This document shows positions 1 through 11,685 of a DNA stretch of 64,000 nucleotides, piece after piece. Numbering within the stretch: position 1 is the stretch's first letter; each line of letters starts with the position of its first letter. A model generated the notes under the pieces. That model saw only the letters and a list, made by a program, of their open reading frames with translations, made no database searches and was not told the origin of the DNA. The stretch is from Minutocellus sp. GHC0000111 (taxonomy: Eukaryota), in NCBI GenBank assembly GCA_977018835.1, contig OZ361257.1, positions 1 through 64,000 on the forward strand, in the 5' to 3' direction. The position numbers and the translations under genes are program-made.

Positions 1-371
1 CTAACCCTAACCCTAACCCTAACCCTAACCCTAACCCTAACCCTAACCCTAACCCTAACCCTAACCCTAACCCTAACCCTAACCCTAACCCTAACCCTAA
101 CCCTAACCCTAACCCTAACCCTAACCCTAACCCTAACCCTAACCCTAACCCTAACCCTAACCCTAACCCTAACCCTAACCCTAACCCTAACCCTAACCCT
201 AACCCTAACCCTAACCCTAACCCTAACCCTAACCCTAACCCTAACCCTAACCCTAACCCTAACCCTAACCCTAACCCTAACCCTAACCCTAACCCTAACC
301 CTAACCCTAACCCTAACCCTAACCCTAACCCTAACCCTAACCCTAACCCTAACCCTAACCCTAACCCTAAC
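1..371. repeat. Telomeric array (CCCTAA)n / (TTAGGG)n, about 62 units; left chromosome end
   Basis: Uninterrupted CCCTAA hexamers from base 1, with the C-rich strand at the 5' end as expected for a left telomere. Confidence 0.99.
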
Positions 372-732
372 GGTAAATATCTACCTGTGTTGAGAGAGGC
401 CATTTAGTGGGTTCATTTTTGCGCTGCATAAAGTATCGCACAAAAAAAAATCCTAGTGCCTTACTATTTACGGCAATTTTGTCGGCGGTCTCGTGGAATC
501 ACTCTACATGTATGATGGAGACTATCGCCGAAGACACAGAGGCGAGGTCAACACACATCGATCAAGCTACCGGTAAATATCTACTACCGGTAGTAGCTAG
601 CGATCGCTAGAAGATCTACCATAGTAGGAATCATGGGGGCATTAAGCGCTGCCCTAGTCGTTTAATATACTCTCCAAAACAATTGATGGAAGAGGAAAAA
701 GTCCTCACGGTGCAACAGCCTTGCTTGCTTGA

Positions 733-3289
733 TCACATCAATTCCTTGTGAGTGTAGTGCTTCGTTGGTGCGTCTCCTCCATACTCGGCGACATAGTTGA
801 GGCCGGATGATCGGAGCTGCCATTTGGTGGTGAGTAGACCCTCTACGCCAACGGGACCACGGGCATGAATCCTGCCGGTGGAGATACCAACCTCCGCACC
901 CAGACCGAAGCGGTAGCCATCGGCGAATCTGGTCGAAGCATTCTTGAAGACGCAGGCGGCATCAACTCTGCGGAGGAATTCCTCACCAACTTCGCTGTCC
1001 TCACCGCAAACGATGGCCTCCGTGTGGCCGCTACCGTACTTGTGAATCCAATCGATGGCCTCATCCATATTGGGAATGACCTCCACCATACAAGTCAAAT
1101 CTCCGTACTCGCACTTCATCTCCTTGGCGGGAATGTCACAAAGGCCGGACTTCATCGCCCTAGGTCCACCGAGGCACTTCACACCGGCAGCCCGAAGGCT
1201 CATGAGAGTGCTCATTGCAAGGCCGTTCTTCAGGGTATCCTCGTGCAACAGAAGCGTTTCCATGGCATTGCAGGCCGAGGGGTAATCGGTTTTGGCATCA
1301 ACGACCAACTTGGCTGCATCATCGGCATTGGCCGTAGGATCAATGTAGACATGACAGACGCCATCGGCATGGCCCAGGACCGGAATGCGAGTGTTGGCCT
1401 TGATGTACGAAACCAGTGCATTCGAGCCGCGGGGAATCACCAAGTCAATGACGTCGTCCAAGCTCAACATATCGGCTACCTGACCTCTGCTGGTGACCAG
1501 AGCGATAATGTCGCGCTTGATCTTGCCACCACTACCAGCCTCAATGGCATCACCAATAACCTTATGCAGCGCCGCGTTGGAGTGAGTGGCCTCCTTGCCA
1601 CCCTTGAGAAGCAATCCGTTGCCACTAGCCAAGGCCAGTGCCGAAATCTGGGGCAGAGAGACAGGACGAGACTCGAAGATGATCATGAGCACACCAATGG
1701 GGACCGTGATGAGGGAAAGCTCCAGCCCATCAGCCAGCTCCCTCTTGCTCTTGACGACGCCCAAAGGATCGGGCTGCTCCGCGATCTGCCGAATGCCCGC
1801 AGCGAGGGTGGAAAGTTTCTCATCGGTCAACTTCAACCTGCGGACGAGGGGGAGGGCAACATCGTCGCGCGTGGCGGCCTCCAGATCAATGGCATTGGCC
1901 GCAAGAAGCTCCTCCTTGCGATCCATCAATGCATCGGCCACTGCGTTGAGGATTGCCTGGCGTTCGCCATACGAAAGGGCCTGGAGCTTGCGCGCCTCGT
2001 CTCGGGCTGCGGTCGCACTCGTGCGGGCCTCATCCGATACCGATGCACCAGCAGCCGCGGCAGCCTCTTCCACTTCGTTGATGGCCTGCATGGAGAGATC
2101 ACTGTTGGGAGTGGCGAAGAGGGTGCCCTTGGCAGGACCAGGGAACTCCTCGCGCCCGAGCACACCACGGATGGCATTCAGATCATTGCCGCAAGCGACG
2201 ACGCAGGCACTGCACTGGGATCCAGGCTCAACAGCCGCCAAAGCTGCATCGATCTTGGACTGCATACCTCCACGTCCTATTATTATTGCAAAAAGAGCAG
2301 GGATGAAGAGAGTGGAAGGTAATAAATGAGAACAAACAACTCATTAGATAAGATGCAGGAACAGGTACATACAATATTTCAGCACATGATTGCTATGACC
2401 AACGGCCAAGACTCTAGGTATACGTATACGTAGCACAGCATATCATAGGCTTACCCTGCGAACTCTTCTCGCCGATTGCAACACTGGACTCTCTGCGGAA
2501 GAGCGAAAGCTTCTTGGCACCTGCCTCACTGGGAGGACGATCGTACACACCCTCCACGTCGGTCAGGAGGAGGCAGACCTCGGCGTCAAAGGTCCGCGCG
2601 CAGAGAGCAGCCAGCGAGTCATTGTCCGAGAATTTATCGCCCTCGGTGTAGCCGGTGTTGGCCGAGACGGCATCGTTCTCGTTGATGATGGGGACGATGC
2701 CCAGACTGAGGAGCCGATCGACGGCATACTTCAAGTTGTTGACGCTGCTCTCGTGCTGGAAGTCGTTCTGCGTCACGAGGATCTGGGAGGCCGACACCTC
2801 GCACTGGTCGAACAGGGCGCAGTACAGGTTCATCATCTCGAACTGTCCGGCGGCCGCGCAGGCCGAATCGTAGTGCTTGGTCTTCTCCTCACCGGGGTGG
2901 GGCAGCTCGGACAGCTTGAGGAGGCTGACGAAGGATTCCGACCCGACGACGCCGGCGCTGGTCCGGCGGGCGCGGGCGACGGAGGAGTGGCCGCTGCAGC
3001 CCGGGAGGCCGCCGTTGACGGGCTGGCGATCGTCGGCCTGCAGCTCGTTGAACGACATGGCCATGCGAGACTGCTTCCGAAGGAGGCGCTTGCCCATACC
3101 GACGGCACCGGACGAGACGAAGATGACCTCGACTCCGTCGCGGGTGAGCTCGGCGATTTGCTCGGCGATGGCGCCAATTCTGGTGAGGGAGGGGCGTCCA
3201 TCCTCGTTGGCCACCACGGACGTCCCGGCCTTGACCAGGACGCGGCGGGCGCGGCGCAGAGCGCTGCGGCTGGGTGGCTCGGTCGTCAT
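733..3289 (-). CDS. P5CS: Bifunctional delta-1-pyrroline-5-carboxylate synthase (glutamate 5-kinase + gamma-glutamyl phosphate reductase); exons 3289-2455 and 2276-733
   Basis: Kinase motifs VLVKAGTSVV, VSSGAV, PIINENDAV, FSDNDSLAA; reductase motifs IPRGS, CNAMETLL, NASTRFADG, HARGPVG. A GT..AG intron at 2454-2277 restores QGRGGMQSK in frame. Confidence 0.95.
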
Positions 3290-3517
3290 TTTGCTGATCG
3301 GAAGGCGAAGAAATGGCGAGAAAATTGGTGGTGGGAGAAAGCTTCGGAGAAGCAGCAGAGTCGAGTGTGTCTACCTTTGCTTGGCGGTTGCGCCAAGCGA
3401 TGCGTGCGCATGCGTGGTGGAAGATTCACATCAACACAACGACGACCGGTGCAACCATCTGGAGGACCGACCGTATCCTCGTAGATACTGATTTCGAAGT
3501 CGCACCGTCCTGTAGTC

Positions 3518-5735
3518 ATGCGCCTCTCCCTTTCATTTCTCGGCCTGGCTTTGCTAGCGGCCACATCGACGGGCGAAGCATTCGTCCCTCGTAGCACTGC
3601 TGCTTCCCTTGCATCTCGGGGAGGAGGGGCTTTGAATGCAGCCACGGCAGCGTCCGTAACCGAGGTGCCCACCTCTCCCATCGCCGGGATGAGGCCGGGC
3701 ACGTCCGGCCTGCGCAAGAAGGTAGAGGTATGGCAGGGCGTCGACGATTCCAACAAGCACTACGTCGAGAACTTCATCCAGAGCCTCGTCGATACCGCCA
3801 AGGCCTCCGAGGGGGGCAAGTTGGATACGTGAGTTGCGTTGAAGATGCATAGCTGCGGTTGGTGTGATTACGAGCCGATGACATGTATTGCTTTTATGAT
3901 CTCCTTTTGCTGTTTACTTACGAATTCATCCCATAATTGCATCGTATACGTACTGTGATAACATTAGCATCATCGTTGCTGGTGACGGACGATACTTCAA
4001 CTCCGAAGCCATGCAGAGCATTTGCCGTGTCTTGGCTGGAAACGGTGTGTCCAACATTTGGGTGCCCCAAAGTGGCATCATGAGCACTCCTGCAGTCAGT
4101 GCCGCCATCCGTCGGAGGGAGGGTGGTGCCACCCAGGGTGCCATCGTCTTGACTGCCAGTCACAATCCTGGTGGCCCAGGTGAGGACTTTGGCATCAAAT
4201 ACAATGAGGCATTCGGTCAGCCAGCCGGAGAGGAGTTTACCGAGGCCCTGTACGAGCGCAGTTTGGAGATTTCGTCGTTCAAGACCGTTGAGGGGGCAGG
4301 CGATGTGGACCTATCGGCTCCCGTCGGCACGACATTTCAGCTTACCGACACCTCCACTGTGACTATTATTGACCCATATGATAACTATCTGGATGCTCTC
4401 AGTTCATGCTTTGACTTTGACAAGTTGAGGGAGTTTGTAAAGCGTGAGGATTTCTCGTTGCTGTTTGACGGCATGCATGGTGCTGGTGGGCCGTTCGCTC
4501 GGAGGGTACTGGTGGAAGAACTTGGTATGTCGGAGAGTTCCCTCCTGCGTTGTGATCCTCGACCTGACTTTGGAGGGTGCCACCCCGATCCCAACTTGAC
4601 TTATGCCGCCGAACTTGTGAAGAAGATGGGTCTGAAGCCAGATGGCAGTGCCGACGAGTCGGTCGATGCTTCCACTCTGCCAACTTTGGGCGCAGCCAAT
4701 GATGGAGATGGTGACAGAAATCTCATTGCTGGCGCCGGATGCTTCGTTACCCCATCCGACAGTCTTGCGCTCATCTGCGACAATTGGGATGCAATTCCTC
4801 ACTTTGCCAAGGCTGGAGGACCAAAGGGCGTTGCTCGTTCCATGCCATCTTCTGCAGCTCTGGATGTGGTTGCCGAGGCTCGGGGCATTCCTTTCTTCAG
4901 CACCCCTACTGGCTGGAAATTCTTTGGTAACCTCATGTCCTCGAAGGAGATGTTTGACAAGCAGGATTACACGCCCTTCCTTTGCGGCGAGGAGTCATTC
5001 GGTACTGGTAGCGATCATATCCGAGAGAAGGATGGACTTTGGGCGGTCTTATCTTGGATGTCCATCTTGATGAAGGCCAACGAGAATACACCGGAGGGTT
5101 CTCCATTGGTGAGCGTCAAGGATATTGTGACGAAGCACTGGGCCAAGTATGGTCGTCATTTCTATTGCCGATACGATTACGAGGCAGTTGACTCCGATGC
5201 TGCCAATGAGATGATGGATTTGATCAGGGATAGCTTCGTGAATGGAGATTGCTCCGCAATTCCTGGCGATGACTCGGGTATTAAGCTTACTGGAGCTGAA
5301 GAATTCGGGTAAGTGCACGCAAGCAGATTGAATTCTTGTCTAGCTGCTCATTGTAGCTCTATCTAGAGGGCAAACTCTCTTCCCGTTGAAATGCTATCCA
5401 TTTTTTTATTTACTAACCCCTTTTCATTTCTACCACAACCCTCCCAAACCTCAAAAAGATACACGGACCCCGTGGATGGTTCCCAGACATCGAAGCAGGG
5501 TCTTATCATGAGTTTTGAGTACGAAAATGGCGACACGGCGCGAGCTGTCTTCAGGCTTTCTGGCACAGGATCTGCCGGAGCCACCATTCGAATGTACCTC
5601 GAAAAGTACGAAAAGGACGAGTCCAAACATGGCGAGGCAGCACCCGCTGCTCTCAAGGGATTGGCAGACCGAGCAATAGGCCTCGTGAAGATGCAAGAGC
5701 TGACAGGACGTGATTCGCCTACCGTTATCACTTAA
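3518..5735 (+). CDS. PGM: Phosphoglucomutase with bipartite plastid presequence; exons 3518-3828, 3968-5308, 5459-5735
   Basis: Motifs PGTSGLRKK, GDGRY, TASHNPGG, DGDGDRN, GEESFG, RLSGTGS, PTVIT. Introns 3829-3967 (GTGAG..TAG) and 5309-5458 (GTAAG, branch TACTAAC, AAG) join in frame. N-terminus is a hydrophobic stretch ending GEA|FVP. Confidence 0.95.
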
Positions 5736-5871
5736 ATATTATAAGGCTAATCCATATTTTACATATTTCGTTTTCACCGAAGAGCATATCTGTGACTTCT
5801 ATGGCTTAATTCTGAGCTTTATGGAGACTGAAATGATTGTAAAGCAATCAAGTGAAGTGGAAATCCAATAA

Positions 5872-6555
5872 TTACGATCGTCGCCATCTCCTGTATTGGG
5901 CAAGGAGTCTGTTGTTCAACTCTCGAGCATTTTCGTCCTTCTCGAGCCTCCTTTGCTCTGCCTTGATTGCCTCTGCCCGGCGACGTTGTTCTCGATTCGC
6001 ATGTATCTCCTTTTCAATCTCTTTTCGTGTCCTCTCTTCAATTAGATTTGTTAGGTATTGAATCAACTGTTTGTTGTCGTGCGATTCTTCCTTTCGGTTG
6101 GATATTGCTTGAAGGGGGGTTTGATTGTTGCTATCTCTACAATCCAAATTTGCACCATGCGAGACTAGTAGATCTGCCACAGCCACGGACTGTGCGAGGT
6201 GAAGTGGCGTTGCTCTGTATTTATTCTTGGCGTTAGGGTTAGTCTCCCGATGTGACAGTAGACTCTTTACGGCGTGGATGATGCCACGTTCCGAGGCTAG
6301 ATGGAGGGCTGTATTTCGACCCAATAACGTAGTCTTGTGGATATCAACACCTTCTCGAATGAGTTTATCAATGGCCGAGACGTCCCCTTTGATCGCGGCC
6401 TCATGGAGCAAGGTTCGACCAGTGTGTGGCATTCTCGCATTTGCCGGCAGCAGGTGTTTGTCGTTTGTGGTGAACGAAGAAGAACCCTCGCTTTGTTTAA
6501 TTGCGAGGTCGATGCCGATGTCATCAAGCAAAACATACAAATCTAGGGTTGCCAT
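5872..6555 (-). CDS. Ankyrin-repeat protein with C-terminal coiled coil
   Basis: GRTLLHEAA, RNTALHLAS, ATPLHLA and QTPLQ ankyrin motifs plus an E/R/K-rich tail. First in-frame ATG at 6555. Confidence 0.85.
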   Translation of the reverse strand: MATLDLYVLLDDIGIDLAIKQSEGSSSFTTNDKHLLPANARMPHTGRTLLHEAAIKGDVSAIDKLIREGVDIHKTTLLGRNTALHLASERGIIHAVKSLLSHRETNPNAKNKYRATPLHLAQSVAVADLLVSHGANLDCRDSNNQTPLQAISNRKEESHDNKQLIQYLTNLIEERTRKEIEKEIHANREQRRRAEAIKAEQRRLEKDENARELNNRLLAQYRRWRRS

Positions 6556-6824
6556 TGTACGATACAACAGATCTAGCCAGCTACATGAAGCCACGTAGAT
6601 CTAGCTAGTCTAGATCTACGTCAAGCAATGCCTCGCCCTCAAGCCCGGTACGCCCGCCCGTGTCAGTTTTGACACGTCAGATGGGCCCCTTCGAATTCTC
6701 CTCATCATCCACTTGACGCCTGAGAGCGAGCCGAGGTGAATAATGACGTGGTTGCGTTGACCAACCGCCGGCACTACATACCCCACCGCTTGGAATACAG
6801 CTCACAGAGAGAGCAAAAGATAGC

Positions 6825-7892
6825 ATGAAACGACGATACATTTCACTGGCTGTTACCAGTATCGCCGCCAGTTGTTCAAAATGCGATGCCTTTGTCTCTC
6901 ACCGAGCATATGCTGATGCTGCTGGGCACTATCGCCGCCTGCATCATCAGCGAACGGAGGCAGTCAGAGCAGCCAAGACGCCACTATTTCTGTACACCCA
7001 AGATGGCGACGAGAGTGCGACTGAGGGTAAGACAACGAGCACGGGCAATTCTAGATCTTATGGCAATAATATTGCATCTCGGACAAGATGTGACCTTGCC
7101 ACCGTCACAACATCGTTGGCTCTGTTCACTGCCGTCCTTGCATTTCCCGCCAACCAACAAGCGCAAGCCATGCTGAACGAGAATCAACAATTCGTCTCTG
7201 ATGTCTGGTGGGCGGTTACGACGCAATATTTTGACCAATCATTCAACGGGCTAGGGGAGGAGGGATGGCGTGCCAAGAAGCGAGAGGCGATTGAGGCTGT
7301 TGCGGGGTCAGGTCCAGAAGATGAGAAAGAAGTGGCCGATGCCATCACAACAATGCTCTCGGCCCTAAATGATCCATACACAAGGTTTTTGCCACGAGAA
7401 AAGTTTGAGTCTCTCACCGCGTACGCTACCGGCCGCACGGGCAGTGCTGGGATTGGAGTGCAGCTTCTGTTGAACCCGAGAACAAGTTTTGTGCAAGTAA
7501 TGGCTGCAACTTCTGGTGGTCCTGCCCAAGCAGCAGGCATTAAACCTGGTGACGCAATTATTAGTATTGATGGTGAGAATATGGAGGGAGCATCTGCCGA
7601 AGTCGTAGCTGCGAAGTGCAGAGGTGAGTCCGGTGGTAAGGTGGAGGTGGAGATACGTCGCGAGGAAGATGGCAAGACCAAACGCATGACCTTGACCAGG
7701 GCCAATGTGAATGCCAATGCGCCCTCAACATCAACTTTCACTTCTGATAGCGGAAACAAGGTTGGTTTGCTGAAGCTACCTTCGTTCAGTACAGAGACGG
7801 CTACCCAAATTGTTGATAGCATCCGTTCCATGTCCAGTGAAGGTCCTGTTGATGCGATTGCAATCGACCTCAGAGGAAATGTTGGGGGCTAT
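6825..7892 (+). pseudogene. ctpA: C-terminal processing peptidase (S41/CtpA-like), plastid/lumen-targeted, truncated at the 3' end
   Basis: CDA|FVS presequence, hydrophobic stretch ending AQA, LNDPYTRFL, PDZ (GIGVQL..GIKPGDAIISIDG) and IDLRGNVGGY. Homology then stops with no donor site, and the TASASE and TFGKG catalytic segments are absent. Confidence 0.8.
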
Positions 7893-8630
7893 ATACTTCT
7901 GCTACTCTACTTATGCGCACATGAGGATTGACCTTGTTCCACTCATTATCGAAGTTCTCTCCAAGAGCTTCCTGGGCTGACCAACACGTATGAAGTAGCT
8001 GGAGGAAAGTTTCCTCTCCCAATCCGTTCTCGCCAAACGTTTTTTCGGTTGCGTTCTGAAGAGACTTGGAGAGGGCGTGGAGGGCGCAAGTCGCAATGTA
8101 GTACGCATCGTCGTCAGCTCGATCGATTAAAGATATGGCTTCTGCCACTCCTTCTTTCCACCGCCGGAGTCGGTGCACTGACCAACGAGTCGAGTCGATT
8201 TTCCATCGCTTCGATACTTGTCTACTTCCTTGAGGCAACAATCTATCGCCTCGGCGGCCTCACTATTTTGCCCCTTCGCGCCATCACTGTTGACTCGCGT
8301 CGACACAACCTTGTCATCATCGTGGTCGAAATGTGTCAAGCACACCGGGAGTATCCTCGACAATGGCCATGAGGTCGGGCCATGTCAAGTCGTCGATGCC
8401 GGTCATGGTCGACTACGATGGTGAAGGGGTTCGTTTGGTACGACCGGAGAGAGCGCGAAATGTGTGTTGTGTTGCTGATGATGTAAATGCGGAGAGAAGA
8501 CTCTGTTGCTCGGAGTCTCGGTTTCCAGTGCCCAGGAGTGGCATTCAGAGCATATGTGAACACAGACTCCGGGCAAATCAAACGTTGCTATGAAGTTATC
8601 TGCCTCCGTGGTAGCAAGCGATACGCCTAA
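7893..8630 (-). mobile_element. Degenerate DDE (hAT-like) transposase fragment
   Basis: Two frameshifted minus-strand pieces read LVGQCTDSGGG then YIATCALHALSKSLQNA, matching the TD and CxxH motif order of hAT-type transposases. Boundaries are approximate. Confidence 0.55.
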
Positions 8631-9142
8631 CAAACCACGTGTGAGCTGGTTTGCGCGGTTTGCCCGGTTTCAGTGGGGGGGCATAAGTATTTTGGTCCCG
8701 ATTTCCAACGAGTTCCTCGCACGTAGAACCTACGTGAGACGGGACCACTGTCCTGGACGTAGAGTCAAGTCGCACGTCATCGATCGAGAGTCAGGCAGAA
8801 TGAGAAGCACAAACCACAAAATACGGTTCCAAAAATTGGTCATCTGGCAAATTAAATATCCGGGAAATATTTGCTTTATGAGCTCATGACCTGATCACCG
8901 GAAGCTCCATGCCATGGCAAATGAGCTCAGCCAGCAGGTCAAGCAGCAAGGCGTCGAGTCGTCATCTCGCATCGTCAGGCTAGCTAGACCTGATTGGCAA
9001 TCGATCAGGCGTTACTCAACCAGAGAATTGATTGGCGATATTCAACCACCAAAGAGTGGGCATATTATTGTCAGCTCGCGTTGCCAATACAAGCAAGCAG
9101 TAGTCTCAAGCCGACGCGCTACCCACTGCAGTGCACCCAAAC

Positions 9143-9475
9143 ATGCCGCTCGTGAAATTATTTGCCCGCACAACCCTCACAAAGCCAATACCTCTGGCAT
9201 CTATGCAAGCAATGATGTGCTCTGTGTGGGGCACAAAGCCAGAGACGACAAAGCTCATACTGACTCGCGTTGATGACTGGACCGAGGACAGCTTCAATGA
9301 AGACATTTATGTGGATATTCGTGCGTATGGAAAGGCGGAGAGAACTCGGGATTTCGTTTCAGACGGTATGAAGACCATTCAGCAAAATTTGAAGGATGAC
9401 CACAATCTTGTCGCAAACGTCAGGTTGGAGACGTACGAGGGGGAGCGATACTTTCATGTCCCGCCTCCAAAATAG
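9143..9475 (+). CDS. Small tautomerase/MIF-superfamily-like protein (110 aa)
   Basis: Starts Met-Pro (MPLVKLF), has the size and beta-alpha-beta x2 pattern of the family (second unit IYVDIRAYGKAERTRD). Confidence 0.55.
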   Translation: MPLVKLFARTTLTKPIPLASMQAMMCSVWGTKPETTKLILTRVDDWTEDSFNEDIYVDIRAYGKAERTRDFVSDGMKTIQQNLKDDHNLVANVRLETYEGERYFHVPPPK

Positions 9476-9525
9476 AAGAATAGGATGGGCTACTACATTC
9501 AGCTGATTACATTGTGAATTAAAGA

Positions 9526-10743
9526 TTAGAATGAACACTGAAATCTTGGCGGAACCTCAGCCTCCTTTGGAGTCGCTTCCACCAAACCTTCTGGCCGATA
9601 AAAGTAATTTTGCCGCTTCTCCCGATAGAATCGACTTGAAATGACAACCCCAGAATAAGAAGAAAGCTCCGTGCCTATAACTACTTCCGAATCGAATGCT
9701 AGATTGAGATTGATGATTTGTCCAGTCAGTACAGAGTATTTGGAATATACACTGTGGTTGTATGTCTTTGCAAACTCCGAACCTGCTTCATGGACCCGCA
9801 CTCGCCCACTCCACATGCCCTTCATCTATTGCTCTGTTGATTGACTTCAAGTTTTTCTCAGCAACTTCTTGTGCTTTGGCACCAAGTTTCGCAGATCTTC
9901 CTGTTAGCTTGTTTGATCTTCCCTCGATTGCTACATCTTCGAGCATTTCTCGATTGAAAAATAATATCAAGTCCGTGAAGGATGGGGTGGTGATATTTCG
10001 ATAAATTCCATCCATAATATCCGAGAAGAAGACAACCTTTTAATCTTGGCATACTGGATGATCAATCATGTCTGGTTCTATCCGTGCGTGTAGTACGGCA
10101 TATCGGCCTACATTTCCACCTACCTGCTTCTGCTGTTGCTTCTTTTGGAATTGTTCGAGATAGTCTCCAATCATTCTCCTTATTACCGGATGCGGGCGCA
10201 GCGCCCCCTGCGCTACCAGCTTTTCTGACTCAAACGGATGCCCTTCGTGCCGTAACATCACACGCTTGGTGTATTGGAAGAATGCATTGAGGTAATTCCT
10301 GGGTCCTCTCCCTACGGCAAACGGCCGGGTGGCATTTTTTTGTGGATCGTCCACCGCCCAGTTCATGTACCCCGCCATATTGTCAAAATAAATATCTGGA
10401 AACATCTTCTTTGCCTCTTGGACTGATGCCAATTGATGATAGCTCACCATCTTGGGCAAACGTGGGTAGTAGCTGTTCCAATGCACTACGTCCCACAACA
10501 ATGTATGCGGAACGTACTCTCCCGTACCGAACAAATCTTTCCATACCAACGGGTCGACCAGTATTTGATCCAATTTTTGTTGCTCGTGGACCACCATTAT
10601 GGCATAACCGATGAACATTTCGTACTCGTTGCACAGACCGGAATAGAATTTGAAGTAATTGGCCCCGGTGGTGGCGTTGGCCATGGGCCGGAGAGATGCG
10701 TTCAGTTGTCGTTCGTACTCGTCCTCGAGGGTCTTCAGGTCGC

Positions 10744-10787
<44 letters not shown>

Positions 10788-11017
10788 GCTTTGCCATAAT
10801 CGAAGCTGCCAAAGTTGATGATGCCAATGTTATCAAAGGCAGAACTTGCCGCCGAGACCAAGTCGAGTGTAGAATTGAGAATGGCGGCATCGAATTCGAT
10901 TTCATACCGACCTGCATCTATTCTCCTCAAGCGCAACTGCAATCTGATGAAATTGGAGAGGATGCTGCCGACGATCGCAACAAGGACGGGGAACTTGATG
11001 AAATGGTAGGCTGCCAT
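9526..11017 (-). pseudogene. O-fucosyltransferase-like glycosyltransferase, disrupted by an in-frame TAA (10040-10042) and a frameshift near 9815
   Basis: N-terminal anchor, YSGLCNE and YAVLHARIEPDM. The same frame resumes after the TAA (KVVFFSDIMDG), and the C-terminal IGTELSSYS..NYFY lies in another frame (9526-9825). Confidence 0.7.
10744..10788. repeat. (TTG)15 microsatellite encoding poly-Thr on the minus strand
   Basis: Read directly from the sequence. Confidence 0.95.
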
Positions 11018-11685
11018 GTCGATGGTGATGGGGATATTGGTTGACAGTGTGTTGAATGACGACGCACCGCCGCAGAGAACATCTATCCGATCGATTTGAT
11101 TAGTGTATCAATTTAGATTTCAGAAAGACTCCCGCCTGCCTCCTGCCTCGGACTCGACTCGTCGACTGATGATGTGATCACAGCGATGCTTCAGGCTGGA
11201 GAAGAAGCGAGAAGCAGCGCTTTCTACATACAGCTGCAGGTCAGGTAGACGTTGAGGCAAGCCAATTGCTTCCTCTGCCACGGACGAGAAATAAGTGCGA
11301 GTAAGTGTTGGTGGCGGGCGTGTCTTCGCCTTCTACTTTCTTTCCAGCACATAAAGAAGTATATGATGTGGACATGGTCCGGCCGGCTTGCTCGCAAGCT
11401 GCTGCCGCCGCCTCTCAGCTCCCAAAAACCTTCACAATGACGGAGGTTGCCGCCGCTGCCGCTAAGCACGCTGCACGCCCAACCCAAAGATACCAGACAA
11501 GCAAGACAAGCCTTTGTTGACCGTGTCTCAGTATCTTGTTTCGAAAAAGCAGCGGTTTTTGCCAGCACATCCAATACCGGTCCATCCGCCTCAGCTCAAT
11601 TCAATTTTTTGGCCAACCGCACGCACGGCAATAACCTGTTGAGCGATACCTGTCCTACCTGATTGCTATCCAAAAAGAAGCAACC

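Noticed and set aside
865..2322. Long antisense or alternative-frame ORFs (also 11596-12888, 12901-14148, 44602-46023, 30188-31285)
   Set aside because: Shadow ORFs caused by strong GC3 codon bias in the real genes.
6232..6242. GTTAGGGTTAG as an interstitial telomere or telomerase RNA template
   Set aside because: It lies in ankyrin coding sequence (T-N-P-N) and is under two units long; chance is a sufficient explanation.
10040..10042. In-frame TAA as readthrough or an alternative genetic code
   Set aside because: The same gene also has a frameshift, and TAA ends other genes normally (for example PGM and FabI).
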